The notes below the pieces were generated by a model. That model saw only the letters and a program-made list of their open reading frames with translations, was not told the DNA's origin and searched no databases. From a virus, in the IMG/VR virus record IMGVR_UViG_3300014835_000073: 64,000 nt of DNA, one strand, 5' to 3'. The position numbers and the translations under genes were made by a program. This document shows, one piece after another, positions 19,017 through 28,051 of this stretch (position 1 is the first letter of the stretch; every line of letters begins with the position of its first letter).

Positions 19017-20785
19017 CACAATGGATTGCAGGTATTACACGCGGGCATAACGGGGCTACCTGTTTATTAAAAGATGGTGAAATTGTTTTTTATATTGAGG
19101 AAGAACGGTTATCTAGACGAAAATATGATGGTGGCCCATTGGCTGGTATGTTGAAAATTAAAGAATATACTGATAAACTTGATTATTTAGTAGTGGCACA
19201 TACTCAACCATTGGAGCAAGCTGGAAAAATTGACTTTACTGGTGATGACATGTATACTGGGTGGGCAAGAAAATTAGGTCTTATAAGTCAAAATATTACT
19301 GGAACAACTCATCCACAGGTTATTGATTTAGGGCATATTCATCATGAATTGCATGCTGCGTGTGCATTCTACAATAGTGGATTTGAAACAGCAGCTTGTT
19401 TGATAATAGATGGTGCGGGGACATTTATTCCACTTGGTGATTCTGGTGATACTGGTTGGGAATTGGAAACAATTTTCTCAGCAAAATACCCAGCTGAATT
19501 TTCAACTAAGTATAAACATATAGGTGTGCGTGGGCCACGGGTAGCTTACGCAAAATATAATGTACCTCATGATAACAGAGGAAAACCTGAAGACTTGCAT
19601 GATGTATTATTTTCTGACCATGCTGGTATTACTAAATGTTATGAAGCAATGACTGATTATTGTGGATTTGGCTTTATTGAAGCCGGTAAGGCAATGGGAT
19701 TATCTTCATATGGACAACCAAATGATAAAATTCCAGAAATATTCATGGGAGAAGCAGGACGTAACTTAAGTAATCGCAATTTATTTACGCCTAATTATCC
19801 AAATGGTGCATATATTGATAAAGTTACCTTCCCAGCATTAGATAATGACACACTTGAAGCTAAAATGGATTTGGCATACGCAGTTCAACATGAATGTGAA
19901 AAACAAATAGTCAAATTAATTTTAGATGCTACTGTGAGAACTGGTGAAAAAAATGTTGTTATTGCTGGGGGATTCGGTCTCAATTGTGTTGGTAATTATG
20001 AGTATTTGGCAAATTTACCGGCTGGTATTAATTTATATATTGAACCAATTTCGCATGATGGTGGTACTTGTATTGGTGCCGCAAAATTAGTGTATCATGA
20101 TAGTACCAATGATAATGTCATACGTCCACATAAGCATATCTATTATGGACCCAATTATTTTGAAAAATATGGCAGCTATGCTATTGATTTGCTAGATGGT
20201 GAATCAAGTATTGATGTTACCGCCATTGATATTGCCAAGCTGTTGAGTGAAGAAAATATCGTATGCATGTACCAAGGTGGTTCTGAAGCCGGACCTCGTG
20301 CCCTGGGAAATCGTAGTATTTTATTTGATCCACGAGTTAAAGATGGTAAAGACATAGTTAATGAAGTTAAACATCGAGAATGGTTTCGGCCATTTGCTGG
20401 TACTATTTTGGAAGAAAATGTTCATGAGTGGTTTGATTTGCGCGGGATGAAAAATACGCCATATATGATGTATGCAGTAAATTGTGTTGATGGCGTAGCG
20501 GAAAGTATCCCAAGTATCATTCACGTTGATGGAACATGCCGGATTCAGACAGTTACCGCAGACCAAAATTCTCACTATTACTCGTTAATTACTGAATTTA
20601 AAAATATTACTGGGGTGCCAATCTTATTTAATACTAGTTTTAATTTAGGTGGTGAGCCGTTGGTTGAGACAATTGCTGATGCATTGGATACATTACGCAG
20701 GAGTGAATTGATGTACCTATATCTACCAGAGATTGGTAAATTACTAACTATTCCACGAGTGACCGCTGACGTAGTTGCGCCGTAA
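19013..20785 (+). CDS. O-carbamoyltransferase (NodU/CmcH family)
   Basis: EEERLSRRKY, HHELHA, AGGFGLNC, GPRALGNRSIL, REWFRPFA, HVDGTCRIQTV, NTSFN motifs. Confidence 0.92.
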   Translation: MTQWIAGITRGHNGATCLLKDGEIVFYIEEERLSRRKYDGGPLAGMLKIKEYTDKLDYLVVAHTQPLEQAGKIDFTGDDMYTGWARKLGLISQNITGTTHPQVIDLGHIHHELHAACAFYNSGFETAACLIIDGAGTFIPLGDSGDTGWELETIFSAKYPAEFSTKYKHIGVRGPRVAYAKYNVPHDNRGKPEDLHDVLFSDHAGITKCYEAMTDYCGFGFIEAGKAMGLSSYGQPNDKIPEIFMGEAGRNLSNRNLFTPNYPNGAYIDKVTFPALDNDTLEAKMDLAYAVQHECEKQIVKLILDATVRTGEKNVVIAGGFGLNCVGNYEYLANLPAGINLYIEPISHDGGTCIGAAKLVYHDSTNDNVIRPHKHIYYGPNYFEKYGSYAIDLLDGESSIDVTAIDIAKLLSEENIVCMYQGGSEAGPRALGNRSILFDPRVKDGKDIVNEVKHREWFRPFAGTILEENVHEWFDLRGMKNTPYMMYAVNCVDGVAESIPSIIHVDGTCRIQTVTADQNSHYYSLITEFKNITGVPILFNTSFNLGGEPLVETIADALDTLRRSELMYLYLPEIGKLLTIPRVTADVVAP

Positions 20786-20787
20786 CG

Positions 20788-21534
20788 ATGGGTGTTAAAT
20801 GGCTCAGTAGTGAAAGACCTAATACTAAGTTTGCACCTAATTTACAAGCGCCATTTTACATTGCCGCTGATGGGAATGATGAATTAATTGGTGAACTTGT
20901 AACTGAGATATTAGAGTTAGAAGAACAGATAACAAATGAAACATTGGTATCAGAAGTTCCTCGAAGTGTGTTGGACCCATATCCATATACGCAGCATTGG
21001 AAACAGCATAGCATATTTTGGGATAAATCGGTACTTGATGGTGAACATTTGGTTAGGTTTGCTATGACATCCACTATGGAAAAATTATTTCACATAATAC
21101 GAAAACAATATTTAATATTTCTTAAAGAAATGAATTACCCAAGAGTAAAAATATACATACATGGTTGGGCAAATGTGTTGCGAAATAGTCAATGGATATC
21201 ACAACATTATCATCAAAATAGTGCAGATGCGTATCTTAGTGGGACATATTATTTAACAACGGTCGATACTCATTTAAAATTAATCAACCCACTTAAGCTT
21301 GATTTCGCTGATATGATACCAACAAAAAAAGGAACAATTGTGATGTTTCCAAGTTATGTTCCACACGAAAGTTCTGTGTATAATGGCACAGCTTTGCGAA
21401 TTAGCATTGCGTTTGATTTGGTAACTAGTGCGTTTGCCAAGACAAATCCGTGGCGTCCTTATTGCTTATTTGATGATCCAGCTACTATGGATGGTTTGGA
21501 TATGTATCTTACTAATCGGTCATTGACTAATTGA
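20788..21534 (+). CDS. putative 2OG-Fe(II) oxygenase
   Basis: HxH…LSGTYY…FPSYVPH…RISIAFD pattern. Confidence 0.75.
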   Translation: MGVKWLSSERPNTKFAPNLQAPFYIAADGNDELIGELVTEILELEEQITNETLVSEVPRSVLDPYPYTQHWKQHSIFWDKSVLDGEHLVRFAMTSTMEKLFHIIRKQYLIFLKEMNYPRVKIYIHGWANVLRNSQWISQHYHQNSADAYLSGTYYLTTVDTHLKLINPLKLDFADMIPTKKGTIVMFPSYVPHESSVYNGTALRISIAFDLVTSAFAKTNPWRPYCLFDDPATMDGLDMYLTNRSLTN

Positions 21535-21537
21535 TTG

Positions 21538-21562
21538 AAAAGGGGCATTGCGCCCCTTTTTT
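21538..21562. terminator. bidirectional intrinsic terminator
   Basis: AAAAGGGGC-ATT-GCGCCCCTTTT-type hairpin with A/T tracts between convergent genes. Confidence 0.75.
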
Positions 21563-21566
21563 GTAA

Positions 21567-22100
21567 TTATTGTTGTTGGTCAATCCAATCTAATATTGAA
21601 TTATATGATTGCCATTTAACATGCGGCTTGCCAATATAAACAGGGGTTGCTTGTACTTCACTGGCTGCTAACAAATCATCATCATTATCTGAAAGTACAT
21701 CTATGTTATCCCATACGAGGTTGGTGTTTTCAGATACTCGATGAAACATGCCTGGGTTAGGTACCACGAATGGATCAGTCTTTTCATATCCGGGTGACCA
21801 ATACATACCAGATATTGATACGCCTTGTTGTGAAATATATCCCTCAACTGCTTCAATGAATTTTTTTAACTCATCAAAGCTTGCTGGTTGTTTTTTAAAT
21901 TGGTTAATAAACAATACCACTGATATATTTTTTTCTATTAATTTTTTAAAAAATTCAGTGCTATTATCAAAAAATGTTAGTTGTTCATTTTTTATACTAG
22001 AATTAGTGGGATCTATCAGTAATCCGTATGGAAACAATCCAATAATTTTTTTTGGTACAATGGCATTTTTTATTTTTAGTACGTAACTGTATCTATTCAT
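21567..22100 (-). CDS. GmhB/HisB-like HAD-fold protein lacking the catalytic DxD
   Basis: Retains INQ, MYWSP, PNPGM and SD…DDL motifs; IGLFPYG stands where FLDRDG is expected. Confidence 0.6.
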   Translation of the reverse strand: MNRYSYVLKIKNAIVPKKIIGLFPYGLLIDPTNSSIKNEQLTFFDNSTEFFKKLIEKNISVVLFINQFKKQPASFDELKKFIEAVEGYISQQGVSISGMYWSPGYEKTDPFVVPNPGMFHRVSENTNLVWDNIDVLSDNDDDLLAASEVQATPVYIGKPHVKWQSYNSILDWIDQQQ

Positions 22101-22423
22101 GATAGGTAATCTGTTTTTTCAACAATAAAACCAGCTAATTTTTGTAATTCAGTTGGTGATGCTTCGGAGCGTTTGCCAGTAAGTGGATTTAATAATAGTA
22201 CAATTTCAGCATTAGTCAAAGTTTCATGAAGATTTTCAGTCAATTTTTGATTGACATAGTCAATTTGCTGCTGTTCATGTACACTATATGCTATTTTTGA
22301 ATCAGGCCAGTTAAAGTCGTCATCATAAATTTCGTTAGCAATTCCATCTTCATTCATTACCATGATGTATGCTTCTTCTTTAAAATCATTTGTGTATTTG
22401 AATGTTAAATTAATTCCCCTCAT
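22097..22423 (-). CDS. hypothetical protein
   Basis: 108-aa ORF overlapping the next gene by 4 nt. Confidence 0.6.
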   Translation of the reverse strand: MRGINLTFKYTNDFKEEAYIMVMNEDGIANEIYDDDFNWPDSKIAYSVHEQQQIDYVNQKLTENLHETLTNAEIVLLLNPLTGKRSEASPTELQKLAGFIVEKTDYLS

Positions 22424-22482
22424 TATTTAATTCCTTATTGTGGTATTGAATATTTAGTTGATGCGTCGTACTGCTGGTATTT

Positions 22483-22932
22483 TTAAAGACACTCAATTAT
22501 ATCAATGATTGTTTGTATTTTTGTTTGGATAATTCTATTGCGTAAGCTGAGTTCTAATCCACGGTGTACTGGTTTTGGTAATGCTGCTAGATTGAACCAC
22601 CCCCAGGCAAAATGTTCTTCACTCAGTATTGGCATAAATTCATGTTCTAGTATACAAAAATATGTATGAAAATTGAATATACTGTCATTTGAAACAAACT
22701 TCTCCAACGGAAGGGTTTTTGAAATGTCGGGTAAAAATCCAATTTCTTCTTCGATTTCTCGTTGTAATCCCTGCCAAGGATTTTCATTGATCAAATTCGT
22801 GCCACCGACAAGTCCCCATCGCCCTTGGTGCTTACCGGTGGCTTTTTGAATCAACAAAATTCTATGTGTATCTTTGGCATATAACAATGCTCCACTGCAT
22901 ACTATTGCGTCAGTTATAGTTCTAATCGCCAA
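22483..22932 (-). CDS. NUDIX hydrolase
   Basis: Nudix box GGTNLINENPWQGLQREIEEEIG. Confidence 0.85.
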   Translation of the reverse strand: MAIRTITDAIVCSGALLYAKDTHRILLIQKATGKHQGRWGLVGGTNLINENPWQGLQREIEEEIGFLPDISKTLPLEKFVSNDSIFNFHTYFCILEHEFMPILSEEHFAWGWFNLAALPKPVHRGLELSLRNRIIQTKIQTIIDIIECL

Positions 22933-24410
22933 CTACCTTTCATATAAGTGCCCTCAAATGATTTAACCCATGCAATGCCATTCCATACATATTGTACTCC
23001 CGTGTACGTATTTGTTTGCCAAATCATGGTGTCGGCCTCTTGCGCAGCGTTAAATATAATGTGCCATGTGATGCCATTCCATTCAATTATATCATTGGTA
23101 TGCGCAATAAGATCAGTGTTGGCTATTGATTTCCATGAGTCTGCGCCATCGGAGTTGGTAATATCACCGATGTCTTCAATTAACAAATATCTAATGCCAA
23201 TTATAATTGCTTGGTCTATAGCTTCTTTCAATGGTCTTTTTGGATTATACTTAGTTGGGTCAATAATTGCATCAAATGTGCCTGGACTAGCTGGTCTAAC
23301 ACTAGTTGACAGATTGAAATTAACATCAGTGTCTAGGTTACCATTTGAATCAATGCCAGTATTTGGGATTAGTGAATCAATGTCCCATGATGCTAGTAAT
23401 GTGGTATTATCTAACGCATCAAGTGTCACGGTTCCAGAAATTGATGAACCATTTGGTTGTGTGAGAAATATTCTGCTGGAACCACCCGCGAATTGACCGG
23501 GGTATTGATCTAATAATACTTGCCAATTTAATGGCGGACCTTGCCGTATGCCAATGTGAATTGATGGTTCTCGTGGGATAACACTTTCGGTTGGATTTAT
23601 TAAGACTACTTTATTATCATATACCTGAATGTTAAAATTGCTAATTGTAGTAGGTATAACTGCGATAAGGTCGCTAAGTAGCGCATTTTGACCAGCTGCC
23701 GTTGCACCAGCTAGGTCAAGTCCCTCGATGTATGTTGAGCTATTGTCAAAGGTACTAAACACGTTGGCGATTATGTTAGTGATAACACCTAAATGTTTAA
23801 GTTTAGCTGGTGGACTAATCCATATTGGTGTGCCTAATGTCAGTGTGCCTATGTCAATTGGTGTGTCTACTCCAATTGGTACTTGTTTACTACTCCAAGT
23901 AATGTCATTTAACGCCAGTATTGTCAAACTAGTCCAATCGATATAGTTGTCATTTGTTTGTAATTCTAGATTGGGGTTAAATAATACTAAAATTTGTTCT
24001 AATAATTGTAATTTTTGGTCAGTATTGGCAGTCCATATATCAACCTTCATTGATAACTTAAATGGGGTAGGCATTAGACGTTCTACTGTGTAATTTCTAC
24101 CTTGAGTATTATTGTAACTAGTGTCATCAACACCGCGTTCCCTGATATGAACTTTGCTTACGAAAGTGGCATCTGACAATCGTTCACGATCAAGTGCCAA
24201 TCCGGTAATATATACACTTATTCTTGGTACTGAGTTTATTTTATTTTCAGAATTTTGCCTAATTATACTAGCAACTTGTCTATCAGCATCACCGTATATC
24301 ACTGGTACTCGATGCAATGAGCCATCACCATGTTTAACAGTGAAATTACTGAAGACTCGGATTGTTTGTGTTAGATATCTTCTTATTTGTGAATCGTAAA
24401 AATGTTGCAT
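22914..24410 (-). CDS. tail completion / sheath stabiliser (T4 gp15-like)
   Basis: MQHFYDSQIRRY…RVPVIYG…PRISVYI…MPTPF…DIWT…QLLEQILVLFNP; start at 24410 overlaps the upstream stop (TAATG). Confidence 0.7.
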   Translation of the reverse strand: MQHFYDSQIRRYLTQTIRVFSNFTVKHGDGSLHRVPVIYGDADRQVASIIRQNSENKINSVPRISVYITGLALDRERLSDATFVSKVHIRERGVDDTSYNNTQGRNYTVERLMPTPFKLSMKVDIWTANTDQKLQLLEQILVLFNPNLELQTNDNYIDWTSLTILALNDITWSSKQVPIGVDTPIDIGTLTLGTPIWISPPAKLKHLGVITNIIANVFSTFDNSSTYIEGLDLAGATAAGQNALLSDLIAVIPTTISNFNIQVYDNKVVLINPTESVIPREPSIHIGIRQGPPLNWQVLLDQYPGQFAGGSSRIFLTQPNGSSISGTVTLDALDNTTLLASWDIDSLIPNTGIDSNGNLDTDVNFNLSTSVRPASPGTFDAIIDPTKYNPKRPLKEAIDQAIIIGIRYLLIEDIGDITNSDGADSWKSIANTDLIAHTNDIIEWNGITWHIIFNAAQEADTMIWQTNTYTGVQYVWNGIAWVKSFEGTYMKGSWRLEL

Positions 24411-25795
24411 TATAAATCTGCCTGTGGTTTTAATATTTTTGATAAACTTTGACGTTGCATTTCGCGATGGTTGTAAAACGTAATCGTCCATTGACCATTT
24501 TCCGGGATAGTTTGTTCATCCGGTAAATTAATTTTAAGTTTATTCGTGTTGTAAATCTCGATTATATTATCATAATCGGAAATGACATAATCAAGCACCA
24601 TTGGGCCTAATTTCAACACAATATATAATGCATCCACTACGATCATATTTGTTTCAATAATTGAATCTCCCTTAGTTAGGAAGATTAAATCGCTGCCCAT
24701 TGCTTCAACGTATGTAAAATTGGTATTATTGATAAAGCCTGTTTTAAGAGTATCTCTAGTATCAGTGTTGGTCATAGTTGTCCTAGTGACATCTTCTACA
24801 TTAACCCAGCTAATGTCATCAAACCTGAATAATCTATTTGGTATAAAATCAGTTCGTAAAAAGAAATCATCCTTTCCAGCTGACATGGGAAATTGTATTC
24901 CATGACCAAAATCATAACCATTGTCTGGAAAACCATCTCCCAATAGATATCCAGTATAACCGGATCTAACAGGTCTTCCGTTGTTTTCACTGGCATGGTA
25001 TGAAGCATTGCTAGCATCAAGTGTTGTCATATCTGTTGTATTGATAACTGGTAATCCGGTTAGTGGATCTACTGCTAATGTGTAAAATTGTCTAGTTTCG
25101 TAACCGCTTTTGGGTGCCTCAGCTTCGGCTTGGTTCAAAATAGCATCATTAATTTCTAATTCTTTATTTCTAGTGCTTAGCAATTCACGTAATGTTACGT
25201 CGGTTGCTTCTCCAGCTGGTTGATCAAGGATATCGGAAAATTGTTGACTATCCGTTACTTTTTTAATTTTTAATCTATATAAATGTGGATACCAAGTAGC
25301 AGAAAAACCTTCACTTGCTCTACCTACATCTTCTATGACATAATATCTAGGCAAACTTATGTCAAAATCATTAAGCGCAAAATCATCTTTTAGGTGAGGT
25401 AGTTCTATAACATCACCGCTTATTGGTTTTCTGCCTATATATGTGATAAAATCATTGATATGAACTGACATGTATAATGTATCATTATCTATAAATAGTC
25501 CAAACTGACTTAAGTTAAAATCAACATTTTGTACATTATAAATTCCGCGAATCTTATATATTTCTTGATCATATTTTCTATCACGGTTTTCTAAAAATAG
25601 TAAATCTTGGATGTTTGTTTCCCTGACCGCATCGTATACCGGTTGGTCGGCAGTGCCATCTGTCATTAATTTTGGTCCTAGAAATTTATGAATGTATACA
25701 TCAGTTCCGCCAACTTGAAACATTCTAGATATGTTTCTGTCAATAAATCGATAATTGTTTCCTTTCTCTGGCTGGTATAGACTTAATCTGGGCAT
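24410..25795 (-). CDS. neck / head-closure protein (T4 gp14-like)
   Basis: GGTDVYIHKFLG…DLLFLENRDRKYD…LSQFGLF…GRK…GDVIELPHL; divergent from the gp13-like gene. Confidence 0.65.
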   Translation of the reverse strand: MPRLSLYQPEKGNNYRFIDRNISRMFQVGGTDVYIHKFLGPKLMTDGTADQPVYDAVRETNIQDLLFLENRDRKYDQEIYKIRGIYNVQNVDFNLSQFGLFIDNDTLYMSVHINDFITYIGRKPISGDVIELPHLKDDFALNDFDISLPRYYVIEDVGRASEGFSATWYPHLYRLKIKKVTDSQQFSDILDQPAGEATDVTLRELLSTRNKELEINDAILNQAEAEAPKSGYETRQFYTLAVDPLTGLPVINTTDMTTLDASNASYHASENNGRPVRSGYTGYLLGDGFPDNGYDFGHGIQFPMSAGKDDFFLRTDFIPNRLFRFDDISWVNVEDVTRTTMTNTDTRDTLKTGFINNTNFTYVEAMGSDLIFLTKGDSIIETNMIVVDALYIVLKLGPMVLDYVISDYDNIIEIYNTNKLKINLPDEQTIPENGQWTITFYNHREMQRQSLSKILKPQADL

Positions 25796-26385
25796 TTGTT
25801 AATTCCTGTAGTGTTATGATATTTATCAATTTTTTGCTTACATTTATTAAAATGATATCGTGTCATGTTGCTACCTTTGCCAGCTATCTCGCAGAATGGA
25901 CATGTTATTGTTGCATAGACTCTTTCTTTGGCCGCCTTATACATCCTTAACTTAGTTTCTGCTGATTTAGGTTTAGACATTTTAGCTTTGGTTTTTGCTG
26001 ATATGTTTGGTTGTGCAGCAGACATTCTTGCACGGGATTCTGCTGATGGTATAATTCCGGGACTTCCTTTTATTCCACGATCAGCTAATCCATTTTCTAA
26101 TATTAAATTAGCCCATTCAGTGGAATCAACTATATTATTTTCTTTTGAAAAAAGTTAAGGCGTGTTAAGTTATTAATTTTTTATCGGTATATGGTTCAGA
26201 TAACCAAATAGTTTCCACAAACACTATTCCGTGCTTATTGATATGTTTTTTCCAATATGTTCCTGGAACCTTTGTATTTGATAGGATCTTTTGATTTAGT
26301 CTTGTCGAAGTATTTTAGTTTTATAACTGCGTGTTGTTTTATATAAAACTATGTTGGGGGTAGTGGTATTATCATAAATATTCAT
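25783..26385 (-). pseudogene. decayed GIY-YIG (Seg-like) homing endonuclease with NUMOD3-type tail
   Basis: Stitching frames gives PT*FYIKQH…LKYFDKT…DPIKYKGS/GTYWKKHINKHG…VETIWLSEPY…T*…ENNIVDSTEWANLILENGL, then KMSKPKSAETKLRM…TCPFC…NMTRYHFNKCK; at least two stops and several frameshifts. Confidence 0.85.
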
Positions 26386-26449
26386 AGCGTATTCCATATA
26401 CGCTAGTGTAGATGGGAATTACAGTTCCGTGAACTACATTCTTATTTAT
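26383..26449 (-). promoter_or_regulatory. late promoter plus conserved double-hairpin leader of the GIY-YIG gene
   Basis: ATAAATA-AGA-ATGTAGTTCACGGAA-CTGTAA-TTCC-CATCTACA, then hairpin TAGCGTA/TACGCTA overlapping the ATG; same core as 33946-34015. Confidence 0.7.
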
Positions 26450-26478
26450 CAGATAAATATAGTTGGAGAACTAATAAT

Positions 26479-27249
26479 ATGTCTGAAAGCACATCACTGA
26501 TAGAACGAAATAAAGTATTTGAATATGTAAGAGCTATGTTGGGCGACGGTATGATTTCAATCGATTTAGATCCAATACATTATGAAACCGCATTAGACAG
26601 GGCATTGACTCGGTATCGGCAACGTAGCTCAAATGCAGTTGAGGAAAGTTATTGTTTTATAGAATTGACACAAGACCAGAATGAATATCGATTACCTGAT
26701 GAAATCATTGAGGTCCAGAGTATATTTCGTCGCTCAATTGGTTCACGATCTGGAATGGGTGCCGGTGGTACATTGTTTGAACCATTTAACTTGGCATATA
26801 CCAATACTTACCTGATGAGTGGTAGTATGATGGGTGGATTGGCAACTTATGAAATGTTTGCCGGGTATCAAAAATTAGTTGGTCGGATGTTTGGTAGTTA
26901 TATCGAATTTAAATGGAAACCACAAAGTCACATCCTTACTATTCTCCAACGTCCATTTGCTCAAGGTGAACAAATATTACTAAAAACGCATAATTATCGT
27001 CCAGATTTTGTGTTACTTACTGACATATATGCCAAGCAATGGTTGCGTGATTATACATTGGCGACATGTAAAATTATGCTCGGTGAAGCTAGAAGTTTAT
27101 TTGCTAGTATCGCTGGTCCGACTGGTGGTGGCATTACCCTAAATGGTGCTGAGATGAAAACTTCTGGTAAGGAAGATTTATTGGCACTCGATAAAGAATT
27201 GGAATCATATGTCTCGGGCGGAACGCCTGTGTCATTTATTATTGGTTGA
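26479..27249 (+). CDS. neck protein (T4 gp13-like)
   Basis: LGDGMISIDLD…ALDRALTRY…W(LR)DYTLA..K.MLGEAR..F..I.GP.GG.TLNG. Confidence 0.75.
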   Translation: MSESTSLIERNKVFEYVRAMLGDGMISIDLDPIHYETALDRALTRYRQRSSNAVEESYCFIELTQDQNEYRLPDEIIEVQSIFRRSIGSRSGMGAGGTLFEPFNLAYTNTYLMSGSMMGGLATYEMFAGYQKLVGRMFGSYIEFKWKPQSHILTILQRPFAQGEQILLKTHNYRPDFVLLTDIYAKQWLRDYTLATCKIMLGEARSLFASIAGPTGGGITLNGAEMKTSGKEDLLALDKELESYVSGGTPVSFIIG

Positions 27250-27273
27250 CAATTTTTTGAAATAGTGTATAAT
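27246..27273 (+). promoter_or_regulatory. sigma70-type promoter
   Basis: TTGACA-16 nt-TATAAT upstream of the dNMP kinase. Confidence 0.7.
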
Positions 27274-27298
27274 AACAATTTTAATTTATGGTGTTATT

Positions 27299-27943
27299 AT
27301 GACAAATAAAAAATGTATTATTGGAGTAGTGGGTTTGATAGGTTCTGGTAAAGATACCGTGGCTGATTATCTTGCAAATTTTCATAATTTTAGACGTGAA
27401 TCATTTGCGTCGAGTTTAAAAGATGCTATTTCTGTTATTTTTGGCTGGGATAGGGTATTATTGGAAGGCCGGACTAAACAATCTCGTGAATGGCGAGAAC
27501 AGATCGATGGTTGGTGGTCGGAAAGATTACAAATGCCAAATTTAACACCTCGGTGGATCTTGCAATATTGGGGCACTGATGTATGTCGTAAATCATTTCA
27601 TGATGATATATGGATTGCCAGTCTAGGGCATAAGTTATCAACCAGCGCAGATAATATAGTTATTTCTGATTGTAGATTCCCAAATGAATTTAAGGCTATT
27701 CATGAAGCCGGTGGCATATTGATTAAGGTGGTGCGCGGTGACGCCCCTGTCTGGGTTAATGATGCTATTATTGCCACTAGTTCATTATCTGCCGATGAAG
27801 TCATTGCTGCTACTACACGGCTGTCTGAACTTGGTATACATCATAGTGAATGGGCGTGGGTAGGATTGACTGTTGATACTGTGATATATAATAATGGGAC
27901 AATTGATGATTTGTATAACCAAGTAGCTACTATAGTTGGTTAA
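27299..27943 (+). CDS. deoxynucleoside monophosphate kinase (T4 gp1-like)
   Basis: GLIGSGKDT P-loop; FASSLKD, TPRWILQYWGTDVCR, ISDCRFPNE. Confidence 0.9.
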   Translation: MTNKKCIIGVVGLIGSGKDTVADYLANFHNFRRESFASSLKDAISVIFGWDRVLLEGRTKQSREWREQIDGWWSERLQMPNLTPRWILQYWGTDVCRKSFHDDIWIASLGHKLSTSADNIVISDCRFPNEFKAIHEAGGILIKVVRGDAPVWVNDAIIATSSLSADEVIAATTRLSELGIHHSEWAWVGLTVDTVIYNNGTIDDLYNQVATIVG

Positions 27944-28051
27944 TAAGTTCACTTGATATGCGTAAAATTCATGACTTACTGGCAGTAACGTGAGTTAAAT
28001 GGGTCAAAAATTATAAATACAATCAGAACTTGTATTTTAGGAGATTATAAT

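Noticed and set aside
28015-28043. Second RBS-sequestering late-promoter hairpin before the sheath gene
   Set aside because: The 8-bp AT-rich stem (AAATACAA/TTGTATTT) ends just before AGGAG and does not cover it
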